In this document: positions 10,436 to 19,401 of the stretch, piece after piece
Layout of the letters: every line of letters starts with the position of its first letter
How positions within the stretch are numbered: position 1 is the stretch's first letter
Origin: an uncultured Gemmatimonadota bacterium
Lineage (GTDB): Bacteria > GCA-2686955
Assembly: GCA_964490075.1 (NCBI GenBank)
Contig: CAZBBK010000034.1
Span: 1 to 61,806 of the forward strand
Direction: 5' to 3'
DNA: 61,806 nt
Program-made: the position numbers and the translations under genes
Notes under the pieces: generated by a model
Database searches by the model: none
What the model was told of the DNA's origin: nothing
The model's input: the letters and a program-made list of their open reading frames with translations, nothing else

Positions 10436-11054
10436 AGCCCCGAAGCTACGCCACCCCCCTCGCATTCAAGACCGCCGTCGAGCAGCGGCTTCGCAACGAG
10501 GCGGCCGCCTTCGGGATGGACCTGCAGCGCAGGCGCAGCTTGCGGCGAAGATCTACGGCGTGCCCTTCGGGATCGACGTTGCCTTCGCCGAGCCTCTACA
10601 CGGCCATCCGGAAGAGGTCGAGGGCAGCGACTTCCTCGACTTCGTCGGCGTAGAGCCCGGGCGCTTTCGCATCTACCCGCTGGAGACGCACATCGCCGAG
10701 AAGCTCCACGCGTACACCCTGCCGCGCAAGCGTCCCAACTCGCGGGTCAAGGACCTCTCTGATATCGCGCTGCTCGCCACCGCGCGCGACATCGACGGTG
10801 CAACGCTACACGCCGCCATCGACCGGACCTTCAAGCACCGGGCAACGCATCCGGTGCCAGCGTCGGTCCCCGAGCCACCAGCTACCTGGGCGCCCGTCTA
10901 CGCTCGGATCGTCGCGAACGACGGGCTCGTGTGGCGCACGATGGAGGAAGTTACAGACGCAGTCCGGTCTTTCCTCGACCCCGTCCTCGGTGGTTCGACG
11001 GGGATCTGGGGAGCCGAGGCCTGGGCTTGGCGACCAAGACACAAGGCTGGTTGA
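10432..11054 (+). pseudogene. abiEii: AbiEii nucleotidyltransferase toxin, internally deleted and frameshifted
   Basis: N-terminus [20 protein letters not shown] and C-terminus YGVPFGIDV..ETHIAEKLHAY..NSRVKDL lie in different frames; KGG/DxD catalytic segment absent. Confidence 0.8.
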
Positions 11055-11097
11055 TGCACGTCGCCCGAACATCGAGATGGGTAGAAGAAGAGGCGAC

Positions 11098-11150
11098 ATG
11101 TACCTATCCCGTCTGACTCTGCGCAACTTCCGTTAGTTTGGCGACGGAGA
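11098..11150 (+). pseudogene. N-terminal stub of an OLD/SMC-like ABC ATPase
   Basis: SD-like GAGG, then MYLSRLTLRNFR*FGDG; premature TAG at 11134 and no Walker A follows. Confidence 0.55.
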
Positions 11151-11459
11151 GCGGATAGCGGATGGGCACTCCAAACCGGGTTTCCGCTCTCCAGCGCACC
11201 CAACCAGCCGGCAATCATGCCCCCCTTCTTCTCTCGGTTCTCCCCCGGATTCCAACGTTTCGATATAGGGGGATTTTTGGGAGGACCGCGCACTGGGGGG
11301 CTTTCAGCCGTCCATCTCAGCCAGGCATGCCCGGTGGCTCCGCTCCGGCCGAACTTCCCGCCCTGTGCGCCTCGTAAGCCGGGAAGCTCCGCGCGCCCCA
11401 CACCGCTATTCGGCTCGAAGGCGAGCTCCTCGCATATCCTGGTCAGAATGGCTGCGTGA

Positions 11460-11515
11460 CGTATCCGGGAAACTTCAGTTCCGGAATTGACCGGCCAGAA
11501 TTTCCGGAACGCGCA
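11460..11515. mobile_element. Orphan IS21-like terminal sequence
   Basis: Repeated TTCCGGAA units ending in CA exactly where the czcA fragment begins. Confidence 0.4.
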
Positions 11516-11737
11516 ACTGCGCTCGGGCTCATTCCCCTGCTAGTGGCGGATGGTACAGGAAGTGAGGTCCAGCGCCCACTTGCGACCGTCGCGGTGGGTG
11601 GGCTCGTGAGTTCTACGTTCTTGACGCTGCTCGTGCTCCCGGCAGTGTTCGAGTGGTTCGCGATTTCGGGTGGCGGGCCTGAGTCGCTGGTGGCGACATC
11701 AGTAGGCGGGGAGAGAGCGGAAGCGGGTGCGCTCTAG
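11516..11737 (+). pseudogene. C-terminal fragment of CusA/CzcA heavy-metal RND permease
   Basis: [37 protein letters not shown], the last two TM helices. Confidence 0.85.
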
Positions 11738-11898
11738 TGTCCTGACACAGAGATTCGTTGCGTAGATCGCGTTGGCTCGGCGTCGAGATCAAGGCGCGCC
11801 GACGAAGGCGTAGCTGCGCTACGTCGAGGAGGCAGCAACGCAGAGTTCGGCGTCGAGACGCGGGAGATACGCAACGAATCTCTGTGTCAGGACACTAG
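11734..11898. repeat. 165-bp palindromic MITE-like element with CTAG ends
   Basis: Perfect 31-bp terminal inverted repeats at 11734-11764 and 11868-11898, plus an internal hairpin. Confidence 0.9.
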
Positions 11899-12027
11899 GT
11901 CGTGTTGGGTGTGTATGGCGAGAACGTTGCCGCTGCTACGCCCTGGAGTGCAGGGACGTCTGAGTGGAGGCTCACGACGAGGTGGCGCAGACCGTGGACG
12001 TGGAACCCGTTGGTGGGTAGGCGCTTG

Positions 12028-12086
12028 TGTGCAGTTCTTGCACATGCACATAGGGTCTCCCTGACCAGCTGTGCAGGCCGTGCACA
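12028..12086. promoter_or_regulatory. Two enhancer-like palindromes TGTGCA-N5-TGCACA
   Basis: Perfect copies at 12028-12044 and 12070-12086, 42 bp apart. Confidence 0.7.
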
Positions 12087-12125
12087 CGCAGCCGGACGAA
12101 CCAGGCGTTTGTGGGCCGATACTGG

Positions 12126-12141
12126 TTGGCATGGAACTTGA
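12126..12141 (+). promoter_or_regulatory. Sigma54 -24/-12 promoter (variant)
   Basis: TTGGCAT-GGAAC-TTGA (GA in place of GC at -12), between the palindromes and the operon. Confidence 0.55.
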
Positions 12142-12210
12142 GTTATGTATTTGGCAGAACATACGAGGCGGCACGGAACCTCCGGCCCCTCGAATCCCCA
12201 GGAGGCCGAC

Positions 12211-12666
12211 ATGCGTTCCTTCCAGTACTGGCTCATCGTTGCTTTCGCACTCTCCACCATGGGCGGCGTCGCCCTCGCCCAGGACTACGATGGAGAGGCA
12301 CCTGAACCCACCGAGCAAGAGGCCCCGATCGACGGATGGGGTCCCAGGTTCGTGGACCCCGACGGCGACGGCGAGTGTGACTACCTGGGCGATGGTCTCC
12401 CCTGGCGCGGCTACGGTGAGGGCTATGGTCAGGGCCGCGGCATGGGCCAGGGCCCGGCCATGGTGGATGAGGATGGCGACGGTGTCTGCGACTACTGGGC
12501 TCAGGGGCGTCGCGGTCGCGGTCGCGGTCGGGGCCTCGGCACGGGCCAGGGTCCCGCCTTCGTGGATGAGGACGGTGACGGCCTCTGCGACCACTGGGCC
12601 GATGGACGTCGCGGACGCCGTGGGCTCCGTAGCGGTCAGTGCCGCTGGGCTCTTGCGAGCGACTAG
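12211..12666 (+). CDS. Small secreted Gly/Arg-rich protein with three VDxDGDGxCD repeats
   Basis: SD AGGAGG; signal peptide ending ALA; repeats FVDPDGDGECD, MVDEDGDGVCD, FVDEDGDGLCD. Confidence 0.8.
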   Translation: MRSFQYWLIVAFALSTMGGVALAQDYDGEAPEPTEQEAPIDGWGPRFVDPDGDGECDYLGDGLPWRGYGEGYGQGRGMGQGPAMVDEDGDGVCDYWAQGRRGRGRGRGLGTGQGPAFVDEDGDGLCDHWADGRRGRRGLRSGQCRWALASD

Positions 12667-12707
12667 GCAGTGACAGTGGAGAGGGCTGGACGGGGTATGA
12701 GCTGGAC

Positions 12708-14012
12708 ATGAAGCACCGCCCCACGGCCCTCTCCTGGATCCTCGTGCTGCTCGCCGCGGGCTTCGTCTCGCTGCTGGTGGTCCGGACTCGGACCACCGTG
12801 GACCGCCTCGACGCGGCGCAGCGGGAGCGGGCTTCGATGTTGGCCCACACCCTCGCGGCCACGGTCCAGGGCGTCGCTCGCCATGGCCCCGACGCGCAGG
12901 TCCGCATCCAGGCGGTCTTCGAAGAGGTGGCGGCTTCGCCTTCGGTGCGCGGGGTCTCGCTGCTCGACCCAGACGCCATCGCTGTGATCGAGGGCGGCAG
13001 CTCGCAGGAATGGTCGACAGGCTGGAGCCTGTCCTCCGGCCCGGAGGTCGCCCTGCGAGGGGACGAGCTGGCGGTCCTGCTGCCCTTCGAGCTGCTGGTG
13101 GGGCAGGGTCGGGGTCGGAGCCAGCGCATGCGAAGAGGTGAGGGCTCCCTGGTCGCGGGCGGCTATGCGCTGCTGCTGATCCTCGACGCATCCAGCGCCA
13201 GCGAGGTGCGCTCACACATCGTGGTCAGCGATCTGGCGCTGCTGGTCATCGGGTTCTCCTTGACCATTCTGGGGGGGCTGCTGCTTCGCAGCCAGGCACG
13301 CAACCACTCGCTGCGTCAGCGCGTGGCCCTGCAGGAACAGCGCCGCGAGGGGCTCGAGTCCCTGCGCCTGCTGGCTGCTGGCCTGGCCCACGAGACCAGG
13401 AACCCCCTCGGTGCAATCCGGGGCTACACCCAGCTGCTCCACGAGGCCAGCGAGGACGAGCAGACCCGCTCCCGCACGGCGCTCATCCTCGAGCAGATCG
13501 ACCACATGACCGACCGCCTGGACGAGTTCCTGAGCTTCGCGCGCAAGCGCCTGCCCGGGCGCGAGTCGGTGGACCTGGCGGAGCTGGCCCTGGCTGTGTT
13601 GGAGCTGCTGTCCGCCGATGCTCAGGCTGCCGACGTGCTCCTCTCCGTGCAGAGCGACGGGGACGCCGTCGTCCAGGGGGATCGACGGCAGCTCCAGGAG
13701 GCGTTGGTGAACCTGGTGATCAACGCGCTGCAGGCCTGTGAGCCTGGGGACCGGGTGCGGTTGATCCTGCTGCCCGAAGAAGACTCCGTCTCGCTGACGG
13801 TGGAGGACACCGGTGCGGGTATCTCCTCGGAGGATGTCGCGCGGGTCACCGAGCCGTACTTCACAACGCGGGACCAGGGCAGCGGTCTGGGCCTGGCCAT
13901 CGTCCAGCGGATAGCCGAGTCTCACCACACCACCCTGCGCGTGACCAGCACGCTGGCCGCAGGGAGTCGCTTTGTGTTGCGATTGCCCAGGGAGCTCCCG
14001 GTTGACGACTGA
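12708..14012 (+). CDS. Sensor histidine kinase (ZraS/AtoS-like)
   Basis: Two TM helices; H box AHETRNPL; N box NLVINA; DTGAG; GSGLGL. Confidence 0.9.
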   Translation: MKHRPTALSWILVLLAAGFVSLLVVRTRTTVDRLDAAQRERASMLAHTLAATVQGVARHGPDAQVRIQAVFEEVAASPSVRGVSLLDPDAIAVIEGGSSQEWSTGWSLSSGPEVALRGDELAVLLPFELLVGQGRGRSQRMRRGEGSLVAGGYALLLILDASSASEVRSHIVVSDLALLVIGFSLTILGGLLLRSQARNHSLRQRVALQEQRREGLESLRLLAAGLAHETRNPLGAIRGYTQLLHEASEDEQTRSRTALILEQIDHMTDRLDEFLSFARKRLPGRESVDLAELALAVLELLSADAQAADVLLSVQSDGDAVVQGDRRQLQEALVNLVINALQACEPGDRVRLILLPEEDSVSLTVEDTGAGISSEDVARVTEPYFTTRDQGSGLGLAIVQRIAESHHTTLRVTSTLAAGSRFVLRLPRELPVDD

Positions 14013-15360
14013 AACACCCCACGTGCTGATCGTCGACGACGAGGCGGCATTCCGCCAGATGATGGTCGCAGCGGTCGAGGGTCACGGACGCCGCTGTCGC
14101 GCGGTGTCCAGCGGTGAGGGCGCCCTCGAGGACGCTCAGCTCCAGGCGCCAGGCTTGGTCTTCCTCGATCTGCGGCTGGGAGTCGGTGTCATGGATGGAA
14201 TCGCCACGCTGCGCGCGCTCCAGGCCCAGCATGCGGGCCTCCCGGTGGTGCTGGTCACCGGCTACGGCGACGTCCGCCTGGCCGTGGAGGCGATGCGCCT
14301 GGGTGCGCTGGACTTTCTGGAGAAGCCCCTCGACCTTGCCGAGCTGCGCAGGATTCTCGACGCGGTGGTGCCGTCGGCGCATCCAGAGGCCAAGGCCAGC
14401 CCTGTCCGCTTCGGGGGAATCGAGCCGGCGCCCGGGCCCATCCGCGCCATGCTCGAGTTGCTGGAGCTCGCGGCGGCCTCTTCGGTCCCTCTACTGGTGA
14501 CGGGCGAGAGCGGCACCGGCAAGGAGCTTGTGGCCAGCTTTGCCCACGAGCGCAGCGCCTATTCCAACGGACCCATGGTCAAGGTCAACTGCGCTGCCAT
14601 CCCGGGAGAGCTGCTCGAGTCCGAGATGTACGGCGTCGAGAAGGGTGCCTTCACCGGTGCTCAGCGCTCCACCATAGGCCGCTTCCGAGAGGCGGACGGG
14701 GGCACCCTGTTGCTGGACGAGATCGGTGAGCTGGACCTGTCCCTGCAGGCCAAGCTGCTGCGGGTGTTGCAGGACAAGCTGGTGCAGCCGGTGGGGAGCG
14801 GTCGCAGCCATCAGGTGGACCTGCGGCTGGTGGCCACCACCAACCGCGATCTGCATCGAGCCATCGAGCAGGGTCGCTTCCGCGAGGATCTCTACTTTCG
14901 TCTCGCCGTCTTCGAGCTGGTGATCCCACCTCTCCGGGAGCGGCCTGGGGACATCCTCCCCCTGGCCCGGCTGCTGGCCCGCGAGCTGGCCGAGGGGCGG
15001 GTACCCCGCCTGGCGCCCGAGACCGAGGCGCGCCTCCAGGCCCACCCTTGGCCCGGCAACGTGCGGGAGCTGCGGAACGTCATGGAGCGCGCGGTCATCC
15101 TGTCTCGGGGTGGCGTGATCCAGCCTGGCCACCTCCCTCCCGGCATGTCCAACGCCTCCAGGGTTCCCGAACCCCCCGCAGCGTCTGACCGCTCAGGGTC
15201 GCCGACCACCCTGCTGGAGATCGAGCGCCAGCTTATCGTGGATACCCTGGCGGCCAACGCTGGCAACCGCTCCAAGACCGCCCGGGACCTGGGCCTGAGC
15301 CGCCGCGCCCTGTACTACAAGCTGGATCGATTGGGGCTCGGAGCGCGCAAGGACTCTTGA
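14002..15360 (+). CDS. Sigma54-dependent NtrC-family response regulator
   Basis: REC (LIVDDE, FLDL), GESGTGKE, GAFTGA, WPGNVREL, Fis HTH; probable TTG start. Confidence 0.92.
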   Translation: MTTETPHVLIVDDEAAFRQMMVAAVEGHGRRCRAVSSGEGALEDAQLQAPGLVFLDLRLGVGVMDGIATLRALQAQHAGLPVVLVTGYGDVRLAVEAMRLGALDFLEKPLDLAELRRILDAVVPSAHPEAKASPVRFGGIEPAPGPIRAMLELLELAAASSVPLLVTGESGTGKELVASFAHERSAYSNGPMVKVNCAAIPGELLESEMYGVEKGAFTGAQRSTIGRFREADGGTLLLDEIGELDLSLQAKLLRVLQDKLVQPVGSGRSHQVDLRLVATTNRDLHRAIEQGRFREDLYFRLAVFELVIPPLRERPGDILPLARLLARELAEGRVPRLAPETEARLQAHPWPGNVRELRNVMERAVILSRGGVIQPGHLPPGMSNASRVPEPPAASDRSGSPTTLLEIERQLIVDTLAANAGNRSKTARDLGLSRRALYYKLDRLGLGARKDS

Positions 15361-15444
15361 ACGTCGTGGGCGGCGCTCAGGGTCGGCGAAGAAATAACTC
15401 CCGTGTTTGCATCCCATCTGCACCGCGTCTCCGGCCGATCGGCG

Positions 15445-15810
15445 ATCGGGTAGCCGGAGCGGTTGCCCGTCCCGGTTCCCGCAGAACCGGACAAGTGCTG
15501 TTCACATCCGGCTCCTCGAGACGGCGGGTTGTGAGCCCCGCCGCCGGCCGGTTCGCGACCTCTTCCTATCCCCATTCCAGCGTCAGCTGAATGGGGGCGA
15601 CGAGGGCGACAGGCTTCGTCCTTTGCAGTTCGAGCAGTGAGACAAGTCCCCGTCTGGCAAAGTACGCGTTGCGGAGTCCTCGGTCCACGGCCGGATCGTG
15701 ACTGAGAGTCCAGAGGTTCTTGCGTCTGTAGCGCCCCGAGCCGCACCGCTTCCGCATCGCTCTTTCTTCCCTCCGCATTCCGCGCTCGCGTAGAATCGCC
15801 CGCGGTTGAG
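15445..15810 (-). mobile_element. 3' remnant of a group II intron (maturase C-terminus, domains V and VI)
   Basis: DV GGAGCCGGATGTGAACAGCACTTGTCCGGTTCT (15515-15483); DVI ending CCCGAT at 15445; peptide LWTLSHDPAVDRGLRNAYFARRGLVSL ending at 15566. Confidence 0.85.
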
Positions 15811-15899
15811 CTCGGGAGAGCTTGGTACCTAACAACCCACCGAAACCGCCCATAAGGTGTCGCAAGCACACGGAGGTCCCGGTGGGCCGAGGAGCCTTC

Positions 15900-16680
15900 A
15901 TGATAAGTGCGGCGGGTGTTGCAGCCAAGGAGTACTTGGGGGTCTTTGAGCGGAGTGGGTCACGACCGGTTCTTCACTGCCCGGGTAAGGACTGCGGGGG
16001 AGCGGAGCTTGGCTGGCACGGGCGGTACTGGCGTTATCTGGGCGGAGCGCTTCATCCGATCTACCGAGGCCGCGGTGCGGCTTTCCGGGAACGTGGATCC
16101 GGATCTCCCACTCGCGCCGAGTACCGTCCATCGGCTTTTCGCCGCTCACGGATTCCGGCGCTCGGCCAAGCGTGATTTCGGCGGTGAGCCCGACGCCCGT
16201 GCGTTTACTCATCCCCACGCGGGAGATCTGTGGATGAGCGACATCATGCACAGTCCCCGACTTCAGGTCCCTGGGAGAACCAAGGGACGGAAGACCTATC
16301 TCTACGGCTTCCTGGATGATGCGACCCGGATGGTACCTTTTGGCGCGTTCTATGTGGCGGAGAATGCTGCTTGTTTTCAGAATGCTCTCAAAGAAGCGAT
16401 CTTGCGCCGCTTGCGTGCCGCGCTCCATCCCGACCAGGTGCGCCCGGTCTACCTCTTCGACACCTGCCACATCTATGTCGAGCATCGGCTCGCTTCCGCG
16501 GGATGCGACCGACCCATCTTCTCCCAACCCGCCATCGAATCGATCTACAACGCCACCGGCGGCGTCATGAGACGCGTCGACGCCATCGCGCACCACGCGC
16601 TCGCGGCGGCTGCAATCCAAAAGAGCTCAATCGTCGACATCGAACACGTCCAACGCGCTGCAGAGGAGATCAGACCATGA
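15900..16680 (+). mobile_element. Collapsed transposon: Cys-rich ORF stub + Mu/IS481-like DDE transposase fragment fused to ExeA-like ATPase C-terminus
   Basis: HCPGKDCGG..HGRYWRY; STVHRL, DLWMSDIMH, YLYGFLDDATR, LKEAILRR, then YVEHRLASAG..IFS..TGGVMRRVD. Confidence 0.75.
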
Positions 16681-17118
16681 AAACAACCGCGATTCTCGTC
16701 GCCGCGAACAACCAGCTGCACCTCTACACTACGCGGTCAAACGGCCGGGTCCGCCGCGAGAGGATCCTCCGAAGTCCGAGTGAACTCACAGACTGGCTCC
16801 TCTGGCTTTGACCCGCTAGACACTTCGTCAGCGCCGCCACAATCGTCGATGAGCCGTACCCGAACGTCATCCTCGAGCATGCCGATCTCATCACCGTCCC
16901 CGAGGCCTGGGCGGGATAGCGTGGGAGGCGACATCATTGCCATCGAACTTGCTCGCACGATGGGCAGCCAGCTTCAGGCTCGTCTCGAAGCTCTTCTCCA
17001 CTTCGTTCGCATTCGAGGTTCCCGCGGGCCAGAGACAGGCCAGGATCACGCATATCCCCAGGATCTTGGATACTCTCACAACAGCCTCCTTACGCACCGG
17101 TGCATCGAGTGTCCATGA
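16677..17118 (+). pseudogene. Disrupted hypothetical gene coupled to the transposon ATPase
   Basis: SD GAGGAG and ATGA overlap; in-frame TGA at 16809 with plausible coding sequence beyond. Confidence 0.35.
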
Positions 17119-17344
17119 CCTGGCCGACGCAAGGCACATGGTTGCACTTGTGACTTTGACCACGCTTCGGCTGGATCCACGACCGAACCCCGTTGCCCTC
17201 TTGCGCAGCGTTCGGGGGAGTCTAGCTGCGCTTTCGCGATTCCGCAAAACTCGATTTCCGCCGATCATCCGTCACTAAACCAGAGCCCCGGGTGACGGGT
17301 TTGGACTCCTGAAGGCGAATAATGGCGCCCGTCCACGATTCCAG

Positions 17345-17432
17345 CGCGGCAGCACTTGTAGCTGTAAAGCGCATCTTCCTTCGTCGTCTCCACCAGCGTT
17401 GCATCGATGTCCAGGGCCGCATGCCGCTTCAG
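17345..17432 (-). pseudogene. IS1380-family transposase fragment
   Basis: Reads AALDIDATLVETTKEDALYSYK. Confidence 0.6.
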
Positions 17433-18183
17433 CCACCTCGTCTACACTCCCGAGATCGTCAAAGCGCAGGTACGCGCATTCTGCGCTCGGTCGGCCTGCC
17501 AACCCGGGCGAGAAGGCTCGCGCCACCAAGGAACTCGACCGGAGTCGTCCCTCAAGGCGTCAGAATGGCCGACGGGAGAGGTCGCCGTTCTCGCGACGAC
17601 CCCTCCCTCCTGCTGATCAGCCGAGCGCCTCGAAGACCCGCTCGAGAACCGGGCCGATGGCGCCGCCGAACTCCTGTCCGGCGCATCGATCGAGTTCCCC
17701 GCGCGGCGGGTCGCGTCCGGGAGTCCCTGCACGTGCGGAACGCCGACCGGCACGTCGCCGTCGCACTCGGAGGTGTAGGCGATGCGTGGCCGGTCGTCTT
17801 CCACGCAGGACCGCGAGGCCGCGACCTGCTGGGTGGCATCGAATTCCAGGAGGCGCGCGTGGACCCTCGACGCGAGAAGGATGCTGATGCTTGTTCATTC
17901 GGCCATTCGCATACTGTTCCTGCACTATTCGATAAAGCCGATTGCCCTCTGCATGACTTGAGACTCGCATCCCGACGATCGAGTGTGAGCGCGCCCGGCG
18001 AAGTGGGGACAGTCGAGCTCCTTCCCATGCGGGGCATTCCCCGGCGATTTCCCCGGAACCGGTCCTCGCATTGGGCGAATTCGAGGATTGGGGGTTGATG
18101 CGCGCCGGGCAACTGTATTGAAATAGGGGTAACGAGGGTCTGCTCTTCTCGTGCCCATGGTTACATGATGTCACATCGCTATT

Positions 18184-19401
18184 GTGGAGATCTCGAACAC
18201 GGGGGAGCTCCCGCTCCGCGTCAACAGCGTCTCATCGGGAGACGACTTCGTCATGCCGTCCTGGGACGGACCGGTCGATGTCGGCGCTATCGATTCGATC
18301 GAAGTAGAGCTCGCCCTGGAGGCCGGCGCCGCATCGGAGGAGCCGAGAGCGGGGTCGGTCGAAATCGACAGCAACGATCCCGAGGCGCGCCGCGTCGCCC
18401 TTCCGGTGACGATCCGCGCCACCCCTATACCGCTGCCGGCGATCAGTGTTTCACCGCTCCGCTTCGACCTGGCGATGATGGAGGGCACCAGCGACACTAT
18501 CCTCATCCAGGTTGCCAACCTGGGGGAGGCCCCGCTCGAGCTGATCGAGGTGCGCTGTGACTCGAGCTTCATTTGGGCCCTTCTCCCGACTCCGGCCTCG
18601 GTGCCTGTCGACTCCTCGATCCCCGTCCCGATCCACGTGGCGGCGACGGATTCGGCGAGCGTCTCGGCAAGCGTAGCGATTATTTCCGACGACCCGGCGA
18701 ATCCTCTGGTATCCGTGGTCGTGGCGGTGGAAGTAACACCCTTACCCAGGCCCGAGATCGACGTCGATCCCTTGCGCATCGAGCTTTCGCCTTTCGAGGG
18801 CGAGATCGACACGACGACGATCGACATCGCCAATTGCGGTTCGGGTGAGCTCATCGTGAGCGAGATTCGGACCAACACGAGCTTCCTGACCCCACTGACA
18901 CAGGCGCTCTCGGTCGAAGCCAGCGGAGCGGGCATCGCCCTGGTGGAAGTGAGCGCGGACCCGCTCTCGCCCGGCCCTCATGCCGGCGCAATCGAGGTCT
19001 TGAGCAATGACGATGACGAGCCGGTCTTCGCGCTCAGCGCATCCGTGGAGGTGGATCCAGCGGGCCCCTTCCCGGCCACGTTGGGCGCAATTCAGGCAAA
19101 CCTCTTCAACGTGAGCTGCGTTGACATGGGCTGCCATTCCGGAGCGGCCCCGGCCGAAGGCCTGTCTCTGGTCGAGGGCTCCTCCTACGGCAACCTGGTG
19201 GGAATTCCCAGCACCCAGGTGCCTTCGATGGATCGCGTCAACCCGGGCGACTCCAACGAAAGCTATCTGGTGGTCAAAATCGTCGACTACAATCCGCGCC
19301 GCTATGGGGACCGCATGCCCCTCGACGGACCGCCGTATCTGTCCGAGGAGGTGATCGAGGTGATCCGGCGTTGGATCGAAGAAGGCGCCGAGGACAACTA
19401 G
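18184..19401 (+). CDS. Ig-like (ASH/choice-of-anchor D) repeat protein with C-terminal cytochrome c domain; 5' end possibly truncated
   Basis: Three I.N.G...L / I.SNDP repeats; SCVDMGCH, RVNPGDS..SYL, RMP, WI..GA; no signal peptide. Confidence 0.7.
   Translation: MEISNTGELPLRVNSVSSGDDFVMPSWDGPVDVGAIDSIEVELALEAGAASEEPRAGSVEIDSNDPEARRVALPVTIRATPIPLPAISVSPLRFDLAMMEGTSDTILIQVANLGEAPLELIEVRCDSSFIWALLPTPASVPVDSSIPVPIHVAATDSASVSASVAIISDDPANPLVSVVVAVEVTPLPRPEIDVDPLRIELSPFEGEIDTTTIDIANCGSGELIVSEIRTNTSFLTPLTQALSVEASGAGIALVEVSADPLSPGPHAGAIEVLSNDDDEPVFALSASVEVDPAGPFPATLGAIQANLFNVSCVDMGCHSGAAPAEGLSLVEGSSYGNLVGIPSTQVPSMDRVNPGDSNESYLVVKIVDYNPRRYGDRMPLDGPPYLSEEVIEVIRRWIEEGAEDN

Noticed and set aside
12340-12600. 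Three ~45-bp direct repeats suggesting CRISPR
   Set aside because: Degenerate in-frame protein repeats; no cas genes
16809-16811. In-frame TGA as possible selenocysteine
   Set aside because: No redox motif; lies in decayed transposon DNA
18159-18175. CRP/FNR-like site upstream of the cytochrome
   Set aside because: Only one half-site matches
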